Of a stretch of DNA of 64,000 nucleotides, positions 63,114 through 64,000 are shown piece after piece (position 1 is the first letter of the stretch; every line of letters starts with the position of its first letter). The DNA lies in the NCBI GenBank assembly GCA_047285305.1, contig JBJBDL010000003.1, forward strand, positions 1,920,001-1,984,000, written 5' to 3'. Source of the DNA: Synechococcus sp. (lineage in GTDB: Bacteria > Cyanobacteriota > Cyanobacteriia > PCC-6307 > Cyanobiaceae). The position numbers and the translations under genes were made by a program. The notes beneath the pieces are model-generated. The model searched no databases. It had not been told where the DNA came from and was given only the letters and a program-made list of their open reading frames with translations.

Positions 63114-63997
63114 TGCGCATCACACCGGCTCCACCGCTCCGATCTGGAGACCGTGTCGCCTGTGTGGCCGCCAGTTCAGCCCTGCAGGACGACATCAAGC
63201 TGCAGGAGGGCATTGCGGTCCTCCAGAGCTGGGGCCTTGATGTTCAACCCCAGACCTTGGCCAGCCGACGTTGGGGCTACTTCGCAGGGCGCGATGACAC
63301 GCGTCATGCCGACCTGCATCCGGCCGAACCAGCAGCGCTGCTCGCCTGTGCCCGCGGTGGATGGGGGGCTGCTCGGCTGCTGGAGCAGCCCATCCGCTGG
63401 CAGAGCGGCTGGCTGCTGGGCTTTTCCGACGTGACAGCTCTGCTCTGGGCCCGCCAAGCAGCAGGGTTTGGAGGGGGCATCCATGGCCCCTTGCTCACAA
63501 CACTCGCGGAGGAGCCGCAATGGAGCCGTGACCGCTTGCGCAACCTGCTCTTCGGAAACAACGTCCCTGACCTGCAAGGTCGGGGTGGTGGCGGCGGGGT
63601 GGGGAGCGGTCCCCTGCTCGTGGCCAATCTGACCGTGGCCACCCACCTGTTGGGAAGCCATTTCGTGCCCCCCCTCAAGGGAGCCGTTCTGGTGCTGGAG
63701 GACGTGGGTGAAGCGCCTTACCGCATTGATCGGATGCTGACTCAGTGGAGGCTGAATGGCAGTTTGCAGGGCCTGGCGGGTCTGGCATTTGGCAATTTCG
63801 AAGGGTGCGCCGACGAAACCAGAGACGCCTCCGAAAGCTTCAACCTTGAGCAGGTTCTTGAGGAGCGCACGGCCGATCTCGGCATTCCAAGAGTGATGGA
63901 CCTGCCCGTTGGTCACCGATCCGGAAACGCATCCCTGCCCATGGGGGCAATCGCACTCCTTGACGGCGAAAACGGCCGGCTCAGCCTGCTGACCTGA
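63110..63997 (+). CDS. LD-carboxypeptidase (S66 family)
   Basis: ARGGWGA.R, GFSDVT, HGP, LEDVGE.PYRIDRML, GH. Confidence 0.92.
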   Translation: MMRITPAPPLRSGDRVACVAASSALQDDIKLQEGIAVLQSWGLDVQPQTLASRRWGYFAGRDDTRHADLHPAEPAALLACARGGWGAARLLEQPIRWQSGWLLGFSDVTALLWARQAAGFGGGIHGPLLTTLAEEPQWSRDRLRNLLFGNNVPDLQGRGGGGGVGSGPLLVANLTVATHLLGSHFVPPLKGAVLVLEDVGEAPYRIDRMLTQWRLNGSLQGLAGLAFGNFEGCADETRDASESFNLEQVLEERTADLGIPRVMDLPVGHRSGNASLPMGAIALLDGENGRLSLLT

Positions 63998-64000
63998 GAG

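Overview
This is a GC-rich cyanobacterial chromosome segment. Gene content and order (psb27, psaF/psaJ, petC/petA, hli, the hyperconserved protein) point to a marine Synechococcus; that taxonomy is an inference. Most of the window is core genome: proS, purA, argB, priA, rpoD, hemC, ppa, futB/futC, xthA, glcD, hemL, yajQ, map, rplS, gltX, wecB, tsaD, gmk, tatC, lgt, cobM, ppx, and tRNA-Trp, -Asp and -Val. The accessory highlight is an AT-rich island of about 4.4 kb (34200-38582). It is bounded by a 146-bp direct repeat (34054-34199 / 38583-38728, 5 mismatches) that duplicates the 5' end of a small protein-coding gene rather than a tRNA. The island carries a C-terminally truncated tyrosine integrase, a coupled pair of ribbon-helix-helix-like micro-ORFs and four compactly packed signal-peptide genes, one of them CsgG/HfaB-like. 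Other notable points are decayed type IV pilus genes (pilT, ebsA), an L,D-transpeptidase remnant, and a candidate Yfr1-like sRNA downstream of rpoD. All family assignments come from reading the sequence by eye; no searches were run.
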